Shown here one piece after another: positions 1 through 8,597 of a DNA stretch of 32,000 nucleotides. Position 1 is the first letter of the stretch. Each line of letters starts with the position of its first letter. The translations under genes were made by a program, and so were the position numbers. Source of the DNA: Erysipelotrichaceae bacterium (GTDB lineage Bacteria > Bacillota_I > Bacilli_A > Erysipelotrichales > Erysipelotrichaceae). The notes below the pieces were generated by a model. It did no database searches, was not told where the DNA came from, and saw only the letters and a program-made list of their open reading frames with translations. Where the stretch lies: positions 1,230,001 to 1,262,000 of the forward strand of contig OY781039.1 of assembly GCA_963676105.1 (NCBI GenBank), in the 5' to 3' direction.

Positions 1-206
1 CGTTTGAAATCGATAATACGATATAAACGTTTGTGGCCACCGCCTTTATGACGAGTGGTGATACGGCCGTTGTTATTACGACCACCTTCCTTGTTGAAGC
101 TATCTAACAAGGAACGTTCTGGCTTACGATCGGTGATTTCATCATTCACCAACGTGGTCATGCCACGTCGACCTGGCGTGGTCGGTTTATACTTCTTAAT
201 CGCCAT
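1..206 (-). CDS. rplB: 50S ribosomal protein L2, N-terminal part (gene continues beyond window start)
   Basis: Minus-strand translation from the ATG at 206 gives [68 protein letters not shown], a canonical L2 N-terminus. A TAGGAGGAAACACA SD lies upstream. It follows rplW as in S10 operons. It is absent from the ORF track because it is open-ended. Confidence 0.93.
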   Translation of the reverse strand, partial: MAIKKYKPTTPGRRGMTTLVNDEITDRKPERSLLDSFNKEGGRNNNGRITTRHKGGGHKRLYRIIDFK

Positions 207-270
207 TGTGTTTCCTCCTAACGCAGTTTATCCGGAAATAGCGTGATTCTTCCGATATGTAAATTAGTAA

Positions 271-552
271 TTAAACTAATTCGATGCTGTTGCCTTCAGC
301 TAACTTAACGATAGCTTTACGAACAGCACTTGTTTTACCAACGTAACGACCCATACGTTTTGTTTGTGGGCGAACATTGACAATGTTTACTTTTTCAACT
401 TTTACATTGAAGATTTCTTCAACAGCTTGTTTAACTTGTGTTTTATTAGCAGTTCTAGCAACTTCAAATGTTACTTTGTTATCTTCTGCTTGTAATTTCA
501 TTGTTTTCTCAGTAATTAGAGGACGAACAATGACATCTCTTGCGTTTGACAT
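271..552 (-). CDS. rplW: 50S ribosomal protein L23
   Basis: 93-aa ORF ([17 protein letters not shown]...) typical of L23. S10-operon position between rplD and rplB. TAATG overlap with the rplD stop. Confidence 0.96.
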   Translation of the reverse strand: MSNARDVIVRPLITEKTMKLQAEDNKVTFEVARTANKTQVKQAVEEIFNVKVEKVNIVNVRPQTKRMGRYVGKTSAVRKAIVKLAEGNSIELV

Positions 553-1181
553 TAAGCTAAGACCTCCCCAGCTACTTTAGCAGCTGCTTCAGTAAAGACG
601 ATGTTGTTTACACGCATCATGTCGTATAAGTTCAAACCTTCAACAGTTGTGAAGAGAACGTTTTCTAAGTTACGCATTGAGAGATAAGCATTTTCCCAAT
701 CTTCATTAGATTCAAAGACATAAAGTGTATTTCTTGTGCATTTTAATGCTTCTTGAACAACAACGAAGTCTTTAGTTTTTGGTGCTGCTAGGTTAATAGC
801 ATCGACCACTAAGATTTCTTTCGCAGCCATTTTTTCAGATAAGACTGAACGAACAGCTAAACGACGAACTTTACGATTTACACGGTAAGCGTAACTACGT
901 GGTGTAGGACCGAAGGATACACCCCCGCCTCTCCAGTGTGGGTTACGGATAGAACCGGTACGAGCACGACCTGTGCCCTTTTGACGCCAAGGCTTACGTC
1001 CACCACCGCGAACTTCAGCTTTACTTTTGACATCATGTGTTCCTTGACGCATCGCAGCGCGTTGTGCCAATACGGAATCAAATACAGCTTGTTGATTTGG
1101 TTCGATACCAAATACAGCATCAGCTAATTTTAATTTGCGAAGAACTTCGCCAGTTTGACTTAATACATTAATTGATGGCAT
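552..1181 (-). CDS. rplD: 50S ribosomal protein L4
   Basis: 209-aa ORF with L4 motifs ([29 protein letters not shown]). AGGAGG SD upstream. Correct operon position. Confidence 0.97.
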   Translation of the reverse strand: MPSINVLSQTGEVLRKLKLADAVFGIEPNQQAVFDSVLAQRAAMRQGTHDVKSKAEVRGGGRKPWRQKGTGRARTGSIRNPHWRGGGVSFGPTPRSYAYRVNRKVRRLAVRSVLSEKMAAKEILVVDAINLAAPKTKDFVVVQEALKCTRNTLYVFESNEDWENAYLSMRNLENVLFTTVEGLNLYDMMRVNNIVFTEAAAKVAGEVLA

Positions 1182-1184
1182 GGC

Positions 1185-2039
1185 TTAGTCCTCCTTTTTT
1201 TCTTCAGTTGCTTCTTCTGCAGCAGGTGCTTCCTCAGCAACAACTTCTTCTTTAACTTCTTCAACCACTGCTTCAGCTGCAACTTCTTCAACAACCGGTG
1301 TTTCTTCAACAACAGCAGTTTCCGCTACAACTTCCTCAGCGACAACTTCTTCAACAACTTCTTCAACGACTGGTGTACGATCGAGTAAATCTTTCGCATC
1401 AACAGATTTCTTACGTTTTGTTGTTGTTTTAACGACTACGAAGCCACGTTTAGGTCCAGGTACATTACCTTTAATTAATAGTGCATCGTTTTCGAGATCA
1501 ACTTTAATAATTTCTAAGTTTTGGTTAGTTGTGGAATATCCACCTTCTTGACCAGCCATTGCACGGCCTTTGTTGATAATACCGTTATTACGTCCAACAG
1601 TAGCGAGTGAACCTACACCTCTGTGGAAGCCTGAACCGTGAGATTTAGGACCGATAGTTTGATTGTTACGAACAATCGCACCCATGAATCCTTTACCTTT
1701 CGATGTGCCAGATACATCAACCATTTCGCCTGCAGTGAATAAGTCAACTTTAACTTCTTGACCTACTTCATATCCATTCATAGCTTCACCGCGAATTTCG
1801 CGAATGAATTTCTTTGGAGCAGCATTTGCTTTGGTAGCATGTCCGACTAGTGATTTGTTTGCACGTTGAGGTTTAACATCTTGTACACCTAATTGAACGG
1901 CAACGTAACCGTCTGTTTCGACAGTTTTCTTTTGAAGAACGATATTAGGCTCAACCTTAACAACTGTTACAGGAATTAATTGACCTTCAGTTGTGAAGAT
2001 TTGAGTCATACCCAATTTTCTTCCGAGTAGTCCTTTCAT
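1185..2039 (-). CDS. rplC: 50S ribosomal protein L3 with a 63-aa acidic Val/Glu/Ala C-terminal extension
   Basis: The N-terminal ~220 aa is canonical L3 (MKGLLGRKLGMTQIFT..., GKGFMGAIVRNN). The ORF continues to 284 aa with a VVEEVVEEVVAEEVV... tail. AAGGAGA SD upstream. Confidence 0.96.
   Translation of the reverse strand: MKGLLGRKLGMTQIFTTEGQLIPVTVVKVEPNIVLQKKTVETDGYVAVQLGVQDVKPQRANKSLVGHATKANAAPKKFIREIRGEAMNGYEVGQEVKVDLFTAGEMVDVSGTSKGKGFMGAIVRNNQTIGPKSHGSGFHRGVGSLATVGRNNGIINKGRAMAGQEGGYSTTNQNLEIIKVDLENDALLIKGNVPGPKRGFVVVKTTTKRKKSVDAKDLLDRTPVVEEVVEEVVAEEVVAETAVVEETPVVEEVAAEAVVEEVKEEVVAEEAPAAEEATEEKKED
1188..1376 (-). repeat. Low-complexity imperfect tandem repeat (GTTGAAGAA-like units) encoding the V/E/A tail of L3
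   Basis: The plus strand shows reiterated caacttcttc / aacaacttcttc units. Translation: TPVVEEVVEEVVAEEVVAETAVVEETPVVEEVAAEAVVEEVKEEVVAEEAPAAEEATEEKKED. Confidence 0.85.
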
Positions 2040-2058
2040 GAATTTTTCTCCTTGTTTC

Positions 2059-2370
2059 TTATAACTTAATTTCGATATCTACACCGCTAGGTAGTTCTAA
2101 ACGACTTAGCGCATCAATTGTTGCGGTAGATGGACCCACGATCTCAATGAGACGTTTGTGAGTTCTTTGTTCGAATTGTTCACGTGAATCTTTGTACTTA
2201 TGTACAGCACGTAGAACAGTTACTACTTGTTTTTCAGTTGGTAGTGGAACTGGTCCGATAACTTTTTTAGAACCATTGTCTTCAGCAGCTTGTACAATTT
2301 TTTGAGTAGCTGTATCTAGACTTCTGTGTTCATAAGCTTTTAGACGAATACGAATACTATTCTTTGCCAT
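2059..2370 (-). CDS. rpsJ: 30S ribosomal protein S10
   Basis: 103-aa ORF ([19 protein letters not shown]...) canonical for S10. TAGGAGG SD upstream. First gene of the S10 operon. Confidence 0.97.
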   Translation of the reverse strand: MAKNSIRIRLKAYEHRSLDTATQKIVQAAEDNGSKKVIGPVPLPTEKQVVTVLRAVHKYKDSREQFEQRTHKRLIEIVGPSTATIDALSRLELPSGVDIEIKL

Positions 2371-2501
2371 GGTTAGCCTCCTATTAGCGCCTTTAAGAAT
2401 CCTTGTTCTTACGCAACGTACGAATAACCCGACTTGACACTGACCATGACAACGCTTATCAGTGTGTCAGCAACCTCTTACGTTTGAGCGTGCGCTTTAA
2501 A

Positions 2502-2530
2502 ATTATACTACCGCTACATATAAAAAGCAA
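2502..2530 (-). promoter_or_regulatory. Putative sigma-A promoter of the S10 operon (TTGCTT-17 nt-TATAAT)
   Basis: Minus strand reads TTGCTT (2530-2525), a 17-nt spacer, then TATAAT (2507-2502). The -35 overlaps the 3' arm of the gltA terminator hairpin. It leaves a ~125-nt leader before rpsJ. Confidence 0.6.
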
Positions 2531-2548
2531 GACCTTTTTTGTCTTGCT
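2519..2548 (-). terminator. Intrinsic terminator downstream of citrate synthase
   Basis: Minus-strand RNA AGCAAGAC-AAAAAAG-GUCUUGCU followed by UUUUUAUAU, 17 nt after the gltA stop. Confidence 0.75.
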
Positions 2549-2564
2549 TTAAATGACGTTTTAT

Positions 2565-3917
2565 CTAGCGTTCATCGATGTTTTTATAAGCTCGATGATC
2601 GCTTAAATTTATATACGCTGGACGCATGATTTTATCATCCAAAATTTGTTCTAAACGATGTGCTGACCAACCTGCAATTCGCGCAATCGCAAAGATAGGA
2701 GTTGTTAATTCTTGTGGAATATTTAACATCGATAGGACAAACCCCATATAGAAGTCAACATTAGCTGACACGCGATTATCAGATTTAACTTTAGAATTAA
2801 TCAATTCACAACCAATACGGTCTACATCTTCTAAGAACTTAAATTCTTTTGAGCGACCTTTATGTTTTGCTAATTCTTTAGCTTTCTCTTTAATAATCTT
2901 AGTGCGAGGATCAGATAATGTATAGACCGCGTGACCTAAACCATAGATAAGTCCTTTTTTATCATACGCTTCTTTATTTAAGATTTTTTGAAGATAAGCT
3001 CTTAACTCCTCTTCATTATCTTTATCCTTCACATGAGAACGAATATCTTTGATCATATCTGAAGTTGCTTTATTCGCTCCGCCGTGTTTTGGACCCTTAA
3101 GAGCACCAATAGCCGTAGAGATCGCTGAATATGTATCAGTACCAGTAGATGAAACTACATGGGTTGCAAAGGTTGAGTTATTACCACCACCGTGTTCTGC
3201 TTGAACGACGAGTAGTAAATCTAACATCTCAACTTCTTCACGAGTGTATTTCTTATCCGCTCTAACCATACGAAGAATATTAGCAGCAGTTCCAATCCCT
3301 TTTTGAGGGCGATGAACAATCAATGATTCATTGTGATATGCATGACGTTTTGCTTGATAACCATAAGCTGCAATGGTCGGTAGTTTCGCAATCAAGTTAA
3401 TGGATTGTTTTAGAACATTGTAAACCGAAATATCATCAGGGTTTTTATCGTAAGAATATAAGACAAGTATTGCTCTTTGTAGTTTATTCATAACGTTATT
3501 AGCGGGAATTTTCATAATGACATCTTCCTTATACCCTTTAGGAAGTGCTCGAGCTTCATCTAAGACTTGATTAAAATAATCGAGTTCAATGTGGTTAGGT
3601 AGTTTTGCGAACAATAGAAGGTAAACAATTTCTTCAAACCCTAAGCGATGATCTCTTTGAAATCCTTCCGCTAGTTCTGAAAGTGCGTAACCCCTATAGT
3701 AAACTTCACCTTCACACGGAACTTTGACACCATTTTCATTTAAATAGCCAACAACTTCACCAACTTTAGTTGCGCCAACTAAAACACCGGTCCCATTATC
3801 ATTTCTAAGACCGCGTTTAATATTGTGTTCTTTGTACAACGCATTATCAATCGTATTGTTTTGAAGGATTGCGTCAGCGTACTTTTCTAAGTTAGCTTCG
3901 AGTTTTCGTTGTGACAT
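2565..3917 (-). CDS. gltA: Citrate synthase (Si-type, GltA/CitZ family)
   Basis: 450-aa ORF with citrate synthase signatures (AEHGGGNNSTFA, GLGHAVYTLSDPR, the NVDFYMGF region). Last gene of the acn-icd-gltA cluster. Confidence 0.88.
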   Translation of the reverse strand: MSQRKLEANLEKYADAILQNNTIDNALYKEHNIKRGLRNDNGTGVLVGATKVGEVVGYLNENGVKVPCEGEVYYRGYALSELAEGFQRDHRLGFEEIVYLLLFAKLPNHIELDYFNQVLDEARALPKGYKEDVIMKIPANNVMNKLQRAILVLYSYDKNPDDISVYNVLKQSINLIAKLPTIAAYGYQAKRHAYHNESLIVHRPQKGIGTAANILRMVRADKKYTREEVEMLDLLLVVQAEHGGGNNSTFATHVVSSTGTDTYSAISTAIGALKGPKHGGANKATSDMIKDIRSHVKDKDNEEELRAYLQKILNKEAYDKKGLIYGLGHAVYTLSDPRTKIIKEKAKELAKHKGRSKEFKFLEDVDRIGCELINSKVKSDNRVSANVDFYMGFVLSMLNIPQELTTPIFAIARIAGWSAHRLEQILDDKIMRPAYINLSDHRAYKNIDER

Positions 3918-3929
3918 AATTCTCTTTCT

Positions 3930-4913
3930 TTAGTGAGATTGAATGAGTTCAATCATTTTCTGAGTATAAGCTTTGGTGTCGAGTGGTCCCTTTACATCTT
4001 TTGTAAATGTATTTGGATCACTGTAAATAACATCTAAGGCTTTTCTGATCTTTTCAGCTGCCTCTCTTTGATCTACATAATCAAGCATCAAACATGCACT
4101 AAGCAACATTGCAGATGGATTAGCTAAACCTTTGCCTGCAATATCTGGCGCAGTCCCATGAACTGCTTCAAAGATAGCACTGTCTTCACCTAAGTTGGCA
4201 GAAGGTACAAAACCTAAACCACCAATTAAGCCAGCACATAAATCAGATAAAATATCGCCATATAAGTTTTCAGTTAAGATAACATCAAATTGTGATGGAT
4301 CAATAACCAATTGCATACACATGTTGTCAACTAAGACTTCTGTGGTTTCAATGCTTGGATAATCTTTCGCAACTTCACGACAACTTTCTAAAAATAGACC
4401 GTCAGATAGTTTCATGATGTTTGCTTTTTGAACAATCGTAACTTTCTTACGATTATTATCTACCGCAAAATCATACGCAGCTTTAGCAATACGTTTAGAT
4501 GCTTTACGGGTAATAACTTTAATTGAATGGGCTGTATCTTCATCTATTTGTTCTTCGATACCAGCATATAAATCTTCTGTATTTTCTCTAAAGATGACTA
4601 AATCAACATCTTTAAAGCGAGTTGGAATAACCCCTAAATTTTTAACTGGACGAATATTGGCAAAAAGTTTAAATTCTTTTCTAAGTTGAACGTTTAGTGA
4701 TCTAAAACCTTTCCCAATCGGTGTCATGAGAGGTCCTTTTAAAGCAATCTTATTTTTTTGAATACTTTTTAGAACTTCGTCATTTAAGACGCCATTTTCA
4801 ACTTTTTGAATATCCCAAATAATATCTGCTTTTGCAGCTTCTAGAATTTCACGGACAGCCTGAGTAATTTCAGGACCAATTCCGTTGCCTTCGATTAATG
4901 TGACAACACTCAT
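3930..4913 (-). CDS. icd: NAD-type isocitrate dehydrogenase (isocitrate/homoisocitrate/isopropylmalate dehydrogenase family)
   Basis: 327-aa ORF with family motifs ([69 protein letters not shown]). Substrate is inferred from the acn and gltA neighbours. The ATGA overlap with acn implies translational coupling. Confidence 0.8.
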   Translation of the reverse strand: MSVVTLIEGNGIGPEITQAVREILEAAKADIIWDIQKVENGVLNDEVLKSIQKNKIALKGPLMTPIGKGFRSLNVQLRKEFKLFANIRPVKNLGVIPTRFKDVDLVIFRENTEDLYAGIEEQIDEDTAHSIKVITRKASKRIAKAAYDFAVDNNRKKVTIVQKANIMKLSDGLFLESCREVAKDYPSIETTEVLVDNMCMQLVIDPSQFDVILTENLYGDILSDLCAGLIGGLGFVPSANLGEDSAIFEAVHGTAPDIAGKGLANPSAMLLSACLMLDYVDQREAAEKIRKALDVIYSDPNTFTKDVKGPLDTKAYTQKMIELIQSH

Positions 4914-6829
4914 TTACTTGCCTCTTGTTTCGCAAAATTTAAGTAACCGCCTGCCATTAAAATTTCTTTTTCACGATCAGTTAGTTGAACCTTCACCATG
5001 ACATCTGTATCTTGAGTTAAATTACGAACCGCAAATTCATCCGTTGTTTTAATTGCTTCATGAATATTAGAGAATTCTAAGACATCTCCTTGTGCTACTT
5101 CGCCTGATACATATAAACAAGGAAGAATAGCCGCATTAATAAGATTGTTTCTGTGAATTCTCGCAAAGGATTTTGCGATTACAGCTTTAACACCTAAATA
5201 TAAAGGGATTAAGGCCGCATGTTCACGTGATGAACCTTGACCATAGTTATCACCACCAACAATCACACCACCATTATTGTCTTTAGCGCGTTGATAGAAA
5301 TCACGATCAGCACCATGGAAACAATATTCAGCTAATGCTGGAATATTAGATCTAAGTGGTAAGAGTTTTGCATAAGATGGAACAATATCATCGGTTGTGA
5401 TATTATCACCCACTTTAAGTGTAACAACTTCTTTAAATGTATCCGCTAAGGCTTTTGATTGTGGGAAAGGTTTAATGTTAGGTCCTGTGTAAATTTCTAC
5501 AGATGCAGGATCATCACTTGGCGGAATGATATAACCACCGACATTTCCAAATGAATCTAAATCATCAATTTTTAAATTAAGATCTAATTCTGTCACATCA
5601 CTTAATTCACCTTTAATCGCTGAGTAAGCAGCTGTTTCTGGTGATACTAAATAAACTTGAGCACTTTGTGTGCCTGAGCGTCCTTTAAAGTTACGATTGA
5701 ATGTTCGTAAAGAAACGGCGTCCGTACGTGGTGCTTGTCCCATACCAATACATGGTCCACATCCTGATTCTAGAATACGCGCCCCTGCTTTAATCATGTC
5801 AGCCAATGCGCCATTTTCAGAAATAAGTCTTAATATGTTAGCTGAACCAGGTGACACGACAAAGGATACATCTGGATGAACCGTTTTTCCTTTTAAGATA
5901 CGTGCGACTTTCATTAAATCTGCATAAGAAGAGTTTGTACATGAACCAATCGCAACTTGATCTACTTTTAAGCCTTTAACTTTGTCGACTGAGACAACGT
6001 TATCTGGCATATGAGGTTGCGCAACCATTGGAGTTAACTCACTCAAATCAATGGTAATTTTATTATCGTATTCTGCATCTGCATCAGCGACAAATTCAAC
6101 CCAATCTTGCTCACGATTTTGTTGTTTAAGGTATTTACGTGTATTTTCGTCTGATGGGAAAATTGACGTTGTTGCTCCAAGCTCGGCTCCCATATTTGTA
6201 ATCGTTGCACGATCTGTAACACTTAAGTACTTTAGACCTTCGCCGCTATATTCCATAACGTAGCCAACACCACCTTTAACAGATAATGTTTCAAGTACTT
6301 TTAAAATAATATCTTTACCATTAACAAATGATTTAGGTTGGCCGATTAGTTCAACATTAAACACTTTTGGTGATGGAATATAAACTTGTCCAGTTGCCAT
6401 ACCAACCGCAATATCAAGCCCACCCATACCAATGGCTAATGCTCCAATACCACCCGCATTTGGGGTATGTGAATCTGAACCGATTAATACTGTTTTTGGT
6501 TTAGCGAATTGTTCCAAGTGCACTTGGTGACAAATGCCTGACCCAGGTTTTGAATATACAATTCCGTGTTTTGCGGCAACAGATTGAATAAAGGCATGAT
6601 CATCAGCATTTTCAAAAGATGCTTGTAGTAAGTTGTGATCCACATAAGCCACAGACAAATCTGTTTGGACTTGTTGGATATCCATTGCTAAAAACTGTAA
6701 ATACGCCATAGTACCTGTCGTATCTTGCGTTAAAGTTTGATTAACTTTTAACTTTACTTCATTCCCAGGTGTTAAGTCACCAGAGATTAAATTCTGTTCT
6801 AATATTTTTTGTGTAAGTGATTTACCCAT
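4910..6829 (-). CDS. acn: Aconitate hydratase (~640-aa short aconitase family)
   Basis: 639-aa ORF with Fe-S aconitase motifs (GSDSHTPNAGG, AIGSCTNSS, CGPCIGMG) and a C-terminal swivel domain (GGDNYGQGSSREHAA). GGAGGA SD upstream. Confidence 0.88.
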   Translation of the reverse strand: MGKSLTQKILEQNLISGDLTPGNEVKLKVNQTLTQDTTGTMAYLQFLAMDIQQVQTDLSVAYVDHNLLQASFENADDHAFIQSVAAKHGIVYSKPGSGICHQVHLEQFAKPKTVLIGSDSHTPNAGGIGALAIGMGGLDIAVGMATGQVYIPSPKVFNVELIGQPKSFVNGKDIILKVLETLSVKGGVGYVMEYSGEGLKYLSVTDRATITNMGAELGATTSIFPSDENTRKYLKQQNREQDWVEFVADADAEYDNKITIDLSELTPMVAQPHMPDNVVSVDKVKGLKVDQVAIGSCTNSSYADLMKVARILKGKTVHPDVSFVVSPGSANILRLISENGALADMIKAGARILESGCGPCIGMGQAPRTDAVSLRTFNRNFKGRSGTQSAQVYLVSPETAAYSAIKGELSDVTELDLNLKIDDLDSFGNVGGYIIPPSDDPASVEIYTGPNIKPFPQSKALADTFKEVVTLKVGDNITTDDIVPSYAKLLPLRSNIPALAEYCFHGADRDFYQRAKDNNGGVIVGGDNYGQGSSREHAALIPLYLGVKAVIAKSFARIHRNNLINAAILPCLYVSGEVAQGDVLEFSNIHEAIKTTDEFAVRNLTQDTDVMVKVQLTDREKEILMAGGYLNFAKQEASK

Positions 6830-6852
6830 AAGTCCTCCATAATAATATGTTC

Positions 6853-6881
6853 TATTCTATGTGAATTAAGCTTTTTATTCA
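6853..6881 (-). promoter_or_regulatory. Putative sigma-A promoter of acn-icd-gltA (TTGAAT-17 nt-TAGAAT)
   Basis: Minus strand reads TTGAAT (6881-6876), a 17-nt spacer, then TAGAAT (6858-6853), about 24 nt upstream of the acn ATG. Confidence 0.6.
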
Positions 6882-6963
6882 ACTTATTCATTTTGAAACT
6901 TTACACACAATAAGTTTATGTTTTAATAAGGATAACGATTACATAAGACTAAGGAGATTTTTT

Positions 6964-8136
6964 ATGCGCTATGCGAGACGGACGAAATCAAGCACCTCAT
7001 CCATTTTTGATCTAATAATTGAACATTTAAAGGATCCAAATATGATTTCTTTTTCAGGTGGTTTTCCTGCCATTGACTTATTACCTCATGAAGCATTAGA
7101 TGAAGCTAGTCAACTTGTTTTTAAAAACGATAAACATAACGCCTTAACTTATAGTTCTACATGGGGCTATCAACCATTAAGAGAATGGATATCAAAACGC
7201 TATAAAGATTTATACGACATGGATATCAGTGCTGATGAAATATTAATCACGACTGGATCTCAACAAGCATTGGATTTAATTGGTAAAGTCTTCTTAGACC
7301 CAATGGATCATATTTTAGTTGAAAAACCGAGTTATCTAGGTGCACTTCAATCCTTTCAACTCTTTGAACCAAATATTCACGAAGTTAATTTAAATGATAA
7401 TGGTATGAATGTTAATATGTTTCGAACTTTCTTAAGGACCTATCATCCAAAACTAGTTTATACGGTTCCTAACTTTCAAAACCCTTCAGGTATTTCTTAT
7501 TCACTTGAAGTAAGACAAGAAATGGTTAAAGCAATGTCACCTTATGATGTCATTATGATAGAGGATGATCCTTATGGAGATTTCAGATATGCTGGTGAAA
7601 CAGTTGCTCATTTCAAAAAACTCGCACCAGATCGAACTATTCTTTTAGGAAGTTTTTCAAAAATTATTGCGCCAGGTCTAAGAATTGGTTGGGTCACAGC
7701 TCCAAAAGAAGTCTTAGAAAAGTTATATACTGCTAAAGAAGCTTGTGACTTACATAGTTCTAATTTAGATCAACGAATCATTTATCAATATTTAGTAAAC
7801 AATGATTTAGATAAACATATTGAAAATGCAAAACGTAAATATAAAGATAACCAAGAAATCATGTTGAAAGCGATTAAGAAATATTTCCCAAGCAATATAA
7901 AAGTTGCCAAGTCAGAAGGTGGTATGTTTCTATGGTGTACAGGGCCCTATAACTTGGATGTTATGGAGTTATTTAATAAAGCTATTGTCCTACACGTTCT
8001 GATAATGCCAGGCACACCTTTCTATGCTTCAAGTCCTGAACCTAATACCTTTAGATTGAATTTTACAAATGTTAGCACTCAACAAATTGAAGAAGGGATA
8101 TCTAATTTAGGTGCCATCATTAAAGGAATGATATAA
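6964..8136 (+). CDS. PLP-dependent class I/II aminotransferase (2-aminoadipate/glutamate transaminase LysN-like family)
   Basis: 390-aa ORF with fold-type I motifs (TTGSQQALDL, VPNFQNPSG, EDDPYGDFRY, and SFSKIIAPGLRIGW containing the PLP Lys). AAGGAG SD upstream. Divergent from acn. Confidence 0.8.
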   Translation: MRYARRTKSSTSSIFDLIIEHLKDPNMISFSGGFPAIDLLPHEALDEASQLVFKNDKHNALTYSSTWGYQPLREWISKRYKDLYDMDISADEILITTGSQQALDLIGKVFLDPMDHILVEKPSYLGALQSFQLFEPNIHEVNLNDNGMNVNMFRTFLRTYHPKLVYTVPNFQNPSGISYSLEVRQEMVKAMSPYDVIMIEDDPYGDFRYAGETVAHFKKLAPDRTILLGSFSKIIAPGLRIGWVTAPKEVLEKLYTAKEACDLHSSNLDQRIIYQYLVNNDLDKHIENAKRKYKDNQEIMLKAIKKYFPSNIKVAKSEGGMFLWCTGPYNLDVMELFNKAIVLHVLIMPGTPFYASSPEPNTFRLNFTNVSTQQIEEGISNLGAIIKGMI

Positions 8137-8140
8137 AAAA

Positions 8141-8165
8141 ACGGAATATTCCGTTTTTCTTTTAC
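8141..8165. terminator. Bidirectional intrinsic terminator
   Basis: Perfect hairpin ACGGAATATTCCGT (8141-8154) flanked by an A-run upstream and TTTTTCTTTT downstream. It can terminate the plus-strand aminotransferase and the minus-strand small ORF. Confidence 0.8.
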
Positions 8166-8339
8166 CTAGTCTTTTGTATGTTTTCCAAACAACATGAAAT
8201 ATAAAATACCCACACTTACCATAAAACCAGGTATTCCATGTTCAAGTGATGCGATAAACAGAACTACTGCGTATAAGACGATAATAACGATAGCTATAAT
8301 CGTTGATAATGTATCCTCAAATGCTTGATTTTGTTTCAT
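8166..8339 (-). CDS. Hypothetical 57-aa two-TM membrane peptide (below the ORF-track cut-off)
   Basis: Hand translation: MKQNQAFEDTLSTIIAIVIIVLYAVVLFIASLEHGIPGFMVSVGILYFMLFGKHTKD, with two hydrophobic segments. No SD. An extended -10 (TGCTAGAAT, 8355-8347) ends 7 nt before the ATG, which is compatible with a leaderless mRNA. Confidence 0.4.
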   Translation of the reverse strand: MKQNQAFEDTLSTIIAIVIIVLYAVVLFIASLEHGIPGFMVSVGILYFMLFGKHTKD

Positions 8340-8346
8340 GAAAAAA

Positions 8347-8355
8347 ATTCTAGCA
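8347..8355 (-). promoter_or_regulatory. Extended -10 element TGCTAGAAT
   Basis: Minus strand reads TGCTAGAAT then TTTTTTTC then ATG of the 57-aa ORF. Confidence 0.4.
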
Positions 8356-8371
8356 TAGATTTAATGAAACA

Positions 8372-8548
8372 TTATTCCGTTTTTTGAGCAGCATGAATAT
8401 GTGGCAAAGACGCAGGTCCTAAACCATGAAGTTTTAATAGTTCTTGATCGCTATATTTTTTCAATTCCTCAATAGAATTGATGCCTGCATTCTCCAGTGC
8501 TCTTTGGGCTGGCTTACTAATTTTATTTAATAGCTCTTGATAGTTCAT
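8372..8548 (-). CDS. Hypothetical 58-aa helix-hairpin-helix protein resembling the RNA polymerase alpha C-terminal domain
   Basis: Hand translation: MNYQELLNKISKPAQRALENAGINSIEELKKYSDQELLKLHGLGPASLPHIHAAQKTE. The pattern xxRAxNxLxxAGIxS/TxxELxxxSxxELLKxxxLGxxSLxxI matches the alpha-CTD/HhH consensus. No SD. The ATG lies 13 nt after the tuf terminator. Confidence 0.4.
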   Translation of the reverse strand: MNYQELLNKISKPAQRALENAGINSIEELKKYSDQELLKLHGLGPASLPHIHAAQKTE

Positions 8549-8554
8549 AGTTAT

Positions 8555-8580
8555 TAAAAAAGCTAGACAGATGTCTAGCT
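8555..8580 (-). terminator. Intrinsic terminator downstream of tuf
   Basis: Minus-strand RNA AGCUAGACA-UC-UGUCUAGCU followed by UUUUUUAAU, 17 nt after the tuf stop. Confidence 0.8.
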
Positions 8581-8597
8581 AGTTTAGTTAGTTTTGA

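Noticed and set aside
1-250. Locally GC-richer stretch at the window start as a possible foreign segment
   Set aside because: It is the highly conserved 5' end of rplB (PTTPGRRGM... codons). The composition is explained by coding constraint.
55-580. Plus-strand ORFs 55-246 and 377-580
   Set aside because: They are antisense to rplB, rplW and rplD, which are unambiguous.
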